Below, piece by piece: positions 59,088-64,000 of a stretch of DNA of 64,000 bases. Position numbers and translations under genes: made by a program. Location: positions 62,001 to 126,000 of the forward strand of contig RHPI01002076.1 in NCBI GenBank assembly GCA_009103225.1, given 5' to 3'. How positions within the stretch are numbered: the stretch's first letter is position 1; each line of letters starts with the position of its first letter. The notes below the pieces were generated by a model, which saw only the letters and a program-made list of their open reading frames with translations, ran no database searches and was not told the DNA's origin. Source of the stretch: Chlorokybus atmophyticus. Its lineage: Eukaryota > Plantae > Mesostigma and Chlorokybus algae.

Positions 59088-60770
59088 CTATTGCGTAATA
59101 TCTCCAGTGAAGACTGTTATGTACAACCTGCATTTGGAACAGACCTGCACGAGCTCGTGTACACTACAGTTCTTGTACAACATGTTGTCGCCCGCAACCG
59201 CCACAATGTCATAGTCGCTCTCCACCTGAAAGGCAGGTAAATGTGAGTCCTCTGCACACGCTCATACATGCCACACACGCCCAGTTATGAGCGCACGGGC
59301 ACACACACTTGTACCCACATGCACATGGCCATGTTATGCAAGTGTGCATGCGCACGCATGCACGCGCGCACTCACGCACGCACCCACCGACCCACCGGTG
59401 TGGGTACCCACACGCACGCATTGGTACTCACCCTGCCTCCGTTAATGGCCACGGTCATGACGCGCTGGCCAACTTGGGTCCAGTAGCACTCTGCCCAATG
59501 CAGACTCACAGTGTATGTACCATTCGTCACAGGAACCTACCGTACGTGACGTACACATAAGGACATCAGTACTCTCAAACCACGTCTGAGTATGCATCCC
59601 CTCACCTTGGTACAAGATATTCGACTATAAGTAGCGCTTGTTATAACCTTCTTGGAGTCCGCAACCATACCACCAGTGTAGTAAATCCTTTACCCAAGTG
59701 ATACCCGCCGAGTCCACAAAGTTGGCTTTTGACCCGCATGCAATGTACGCAGAAGTCGTCCCTAAAGTGATTTGTCAAAAACATGCAGCCCAAGCACGCA
59801 TGCACATGCATCACTTGCATTTTCTGTACACACAAGAATGTGCACACGCATACACACCTGTAGGTCGAGATAGAGTTGTGGGTGGAGAAGGTGCCGGCGG
59901 AAGCGGGCCCGGGATGTTGGCAGGAGAAGTCTTTGTGACCGTAATGCCCTTGAGCTTTGCGATGTCCGTCACGGCAATGAACTGGACGTTCAGGCTGCCG
60001 TCAGCTACGTGAGTGGTGAAAGTTTGTAGCGCAGCCGCGATGAGCTCGTCGTCAATGATGTTGTAATTTATCAGCACCGTCACGCCCTCCACCATGACGT
60101 TGAAGTCCAGCGTATATTCCCAATGGCACAAGCATGTTCACATGTAAATGCGTGTGCGTGCGCGCGGGCGTGCGTGTGTCAGTGTCAAGCAAACCATACT
60201 TGAGTGCTGTAGACCTCGACAATGCGCAGGGTCACATCATACCAGCCTGGTGTGACCTTGAACCTGCAGTTGGCGTTGTTACCGTGGTGCTCGCTCTGGT
60301 ACACCATGGTGGCCATGTCTGCAGGGTCAACACCTGATGAATGACAGCAGCATGTCAATCTTCACAACCACCGCTTGTTCACAAACACCCCTCTTTTAGA
60401 CCTGCTTTTGCAACGCAGAGGCGGGGACGGGCAAGGGGGAAGGGGGCAGAGGGCGCCGTGTCTACCTCCGTCGACTTAATCAGCATGGTTCACCAATAGC
60501 TGCCGCCCTGGGTCAGCAAGCTCTGGTCCGCAGGGTTGGGCGGGTGGGTTAAACAGCTCAGAGCATCCAACAATCAGACTGTCCAGGACAGCACCAACAC
60601 GGTCAGGTAAGACTGCCCACCAAGAGGCTGTGACAAGGGAGGGGCCGATTGGCTGGCCCCTTGGCTGCTGCATGGGCCCAATAGCGACCAGTTTAACCTT
60701 GGTTGACTCTTCGGTGGTAATGAAGGCAGCTGTCACATCATCCCCGGTGGAAGCAGGCAAGTGAGACACT
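59088..60770 (-). pseudogene. Tandem malectin-domain (carbohydrate-binding) gene, frameshifted
   Basis: Domain 1: VYQSEHHG..FKVTPGWYDVTLRIVEVY and FNVMVEGVTVLINYNII..DGSLNVQFIAVTDIAKLKGI, then a Pro-rich linker. Domain 2: NFVDSAGITW/YYTGG, VPVTNGTYTVSLHWAECYWTQVGQRVMTVAING (clean exon 59536-59432) and DYDIVAVAGD. Frameshifts near 60110 and 59690. Confidence 0.72.
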
Positions 60771-62390
60771 GCTCAGCTCCGAGCCAAGCGTAGAGTTTAC
60801 GCTAGTGCGGGTCGCCTGTTGTGCATGCGGCACTTCCCGTGTCTTATGCGCTCGCTGCTCCTAGTCTAGGTCACTGAAGAGCTCAGTAGTAGCGGCGCTA
60901 ATGCGCTGCTCGCCCAATGGGGCCGCAGCTCACCATGCGCGAACATGCAAGTCGTCGCTTGCTGTCTTGCTGCCATGCGGCTGCAAACGTCACGGTGAAC
61001 AACACTGTTGCATGGCCTGCAGAGTACATCAGCGCTTCTCAGCTCACACAACTGGCAGCACAGAGCAGCATTTTGCTGCTCAACTGCAGAATGATGACAC
61101 AGCACGGTCAGCCTGATGAGACTTACAGTCAAATCTGTTGGCATGATTGGATTCGGACAAGCAGTGGAGCCATACAACCGCAGCTTGCAATGTAGCAAAG
61201 CTTGAGCATTCAAACACCATGACCCTGCAGCTGCGAATCTCATTCATTCATGCAGCCATTCGTGCACTTTTGCAGCAACGCAAGCGATTGCTAAGTCACG
61301 TGTGGCCAACCTTTTCTTTTTGGGGGAGAAACCTGTTAACCCACCCCGTCCTGGCGATAACCATGCGGCCAGCATGGCTGCCACTGGCGCAAGTCATCAT
61401 TGCGCATGCTGCACAAAATGGCGAGAGTGCCCGCAGCACGTGCAGCAGCATGGGGGAGAGCGTGAAGAACGTCAGCTCAAATTCTGTGCGTGCCCAGGTA
61501 TGCGCATTGTTATTGAGGGCTTAAGCACTCTTCCTTGCTCGGTGTGCTGATGTCAAGTGCAGCAACTTGAGAGTCCCTCACTGGAGACACACTAGTAATG
61601 AAGCATGGGGCACATCCAAAGGCACTATTCTAGTGTTATGAGCCGTAGCATGGATGCGGAAGGAAGTCAAAGTTTTCGTGATTATTTTAAACTATATGCT
61701 GCATTGAAATGAGCAGCATCAATTCTACTCAGTTAACTTGCAACTAGGAAGACTCGATTAAGTGTTGGTGCTAGCCCAGATGAGGCACTCGCACAATTAT
61801 TGCTGTAATGTTGCCAGCTGAGCAATGCCTTGTATGCTTATTAGCAAGTATGTGATATTGAGTGTTTGCATGCGCGCGTGCATAATCAGCAAGGGAGAGC
61901 ACTTGGCCAAGTGCAACCTATGAGCTGCATGTCGTCGTGTGCGTATGTGCATGTTGATGTTGTCATGTACGTGATTTGCTCGCCATGATTCTTATCCTGC
62001 TTGGCCATGGTTATGCAGTTGCAAAGTTATCTGTTTGAAATCTTATGTGCATAAACAACCTAGCAATCACTGTCGTTACAACTATGGCGTAGCATGTTCA
62101 ACTTGGCTACGCACACATCCGTATATAAGGATCTATCACACGTTCCAGTACCTTCGTGACAAGGTTTAGCAATACATTCAACGCTACCTTAGCATGGGCG
62201 CCTTTACGCAAAGAGCTTAAAAGTAAAAGGTACCCGGGATACAAGCACACAATGATGAACGAAAGACACGTAATACCGATCTACTCGACAATATATGTAC
62301 AAAACAACCACACAAGCCAAACTAGGCTAAGATATGATGTTGAAAGAGGTTAATGTATATGTGTACATTTTGTATTTGTGTGTATATGCG

Positions 62391-62740
62391 CAATGCAAAT
62401 GAACATGCAAGGAACAGACATGCTCAATGCAATGAGCATAATACGCTTATGATCTCTATTATTTGATGTTAACGCACAGGCTACACAACTACGTTGCTGC
62501 TGTACCACTCCGTTAGTTATATTGTTGCGCAACGTGTTATGTGTGACATGTTACGTTAACGTCTTTGTGCACATCATATCATGTACATCATGTATTAGTG
62601 TTCAAATGCAATGCAAATGAACAAGGAATAAACATGCTCATTGCAACGAGCATAATACGCCAACCATCCCTATCATTTGATGTTAACGAACATGTTACAC
62701 AATTACTGTTGTAGTCTAATTTAACCACCCCGTTAGTCAT
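62391..62740. repeat. Diverged ~218-bp-period direct repeat in an AT-rich region
   Basis: CAATGCAAATGAACA..CATGCTCA(A/T)TGCAA(T/C)GAGCATAATACGC..ATTTGATGTTAACG starting at ~62391 and ~62609. Confidence 0.75.
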
Positions 62741-64000
62741 GTTCATTCATATATGTACACCTACGTACGTACGTACATACAGTAATTCTTGAAGCGCATA
62801 GCGGCTTGTATGGTTAGCAGCTGTGGGTGACTCAAGGTTTTTTAAATCTTAATGTCGACCTTCATCGATTACAACACAGTGTAGTTCAAACAAGTCAAAA
62901 TTCCATCTTGATACAAACATCATCGCTTTGCCGACGCCCTGTTGATTGTAACACTATATAATACATTTCGCCCCCCGTAGTAACTTGATTTAGTATACAG
63001 CGTTGTTCACACACAGTAATGTATGTTATATGTAAACATTATTCATGAGAGTTTACACTTTTATCATTGCCATGGCCTATACAAGCTTGCACTGGCGTTG
63101 CAAGAACCGCTAATAACATCAATGTCTTGATGTAACGACAAGTTGTCATTGCATAATAAATTGTAAGATGTAGTTAATGACTAATATTTACGATATTGCG
63201 CTAAAATAATTATGGTCATTGCTTAAAGGAAGCGACCTTTTTGTAATATCAGGCTTAAACCATACATGGTCACTGCATTGAGTGTAAACTGAAATGCAAT
63301 ACACCATGACAATCAATAATATTGCATATGCGCATTGTTGATAACAGCACGTATGCTGGTACCTGGTAAGTCTCAACTTGAGCTCTTCATTTTGCTTGGA
63401 CATGCCCATTGTCCTGGACATGCATGTCGTCACGCTCGAAGCAATACATGGCGGCAGGATGGACACCAATCCACTGCCTCACTGATTCAGAAACCCTGTC
63501 TGAATCACTGACTCACTGAGTCACAGAGTCAAACTCAAGCCTGGCGTTTGTCACCGACCTGCCACAAATACCGCGCGCCTACAGCACAGATAGCGCGCCC
63601 GACGACGGCGGCGGCGGCGGCGGTGGCGTTGAGGACGTAGAGGGCGCCAGCATCGTCGTGGTCACAAGGGTCATTGGAGGAGTTCAATCCATTTGCATTA
63701 CGCCTGGTCTGCTGCTTGGAGCAGAGACATGCCAGAGTTGGGTTCAATTATGGTGCTTGCTGCAAGGCTGACTTGGCAGCAGTAGCGCCGGCTGGGGCGT
63801 CAATGAGGCGAAAGTAGCTGTCATCCGGCGTTGGCCACACTCGTGAAGAGATTGACCCTTCCAAAAGCCACCAGCTAAAACGCCTTTCTTGTGTGCGCTG
63901 CATAGTAAGGCACGGGTGCTGTCGCAATTTCTCGCTTTTTGCATGAGACCGGACTTGACATGTGCGTATGTGCACAAAAGTTTGATATGTGTACGCATTC

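Noticed and set aside
63480-64000. Gene start or end at the window edge
   Set aside because: GC-rich GGC-repeat segment but no interpretable frame or motif within the window

Overview
Eukaryotic genomic DNA from the green lineage. Plant-like TIM17, PAT1, SEC6 and eIF2B sequences plus a ciliary dynein relic suggest an algal streptophyte; this is inferred, not proven. There are four N-gaps and many (CA/TG)-rich introns. Intact multi-exon genes: eIF2B-alpha (-), TIM17 (-), an intronless F-box gene (-), a tandem double-BTB gene (-), SEC6 (-) head-to-head with eIF2B-epsilon (+), PAT1 (+), POL5/MYBBP1A (+), and a bifunctional SAMDC-ODC fusion (-). Decayed material: a cytoplasmic dynein-2 (DHC1b) pseudogene, an inverted F-box pseudo-paralogue, an orphan BTB exon, a tandem-malectin pseudogene, a gypsy-type integrase relic, a MITE and a SINE-like element. 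The standout is the polyamine locus at 50.4-54.2 kb. One 867-aa polypeptide joins S-adenosylmethionine decarboxylase and ornithine decarboxylase with no stop or intron at the junction. Its spliced 5' leader carries a land-plant-type SAMDC regulatory uORF (45 aa, intron-split, ending Pro-Ser-stop) and a predicted splice-assembled tiny uORF (Met-Arg-Val-stop). Putrescine and dcSAM supply would therefore both sit under one polyamine-responsive translational switch. All family assignments come from motif recognition and recall; no searches were run.
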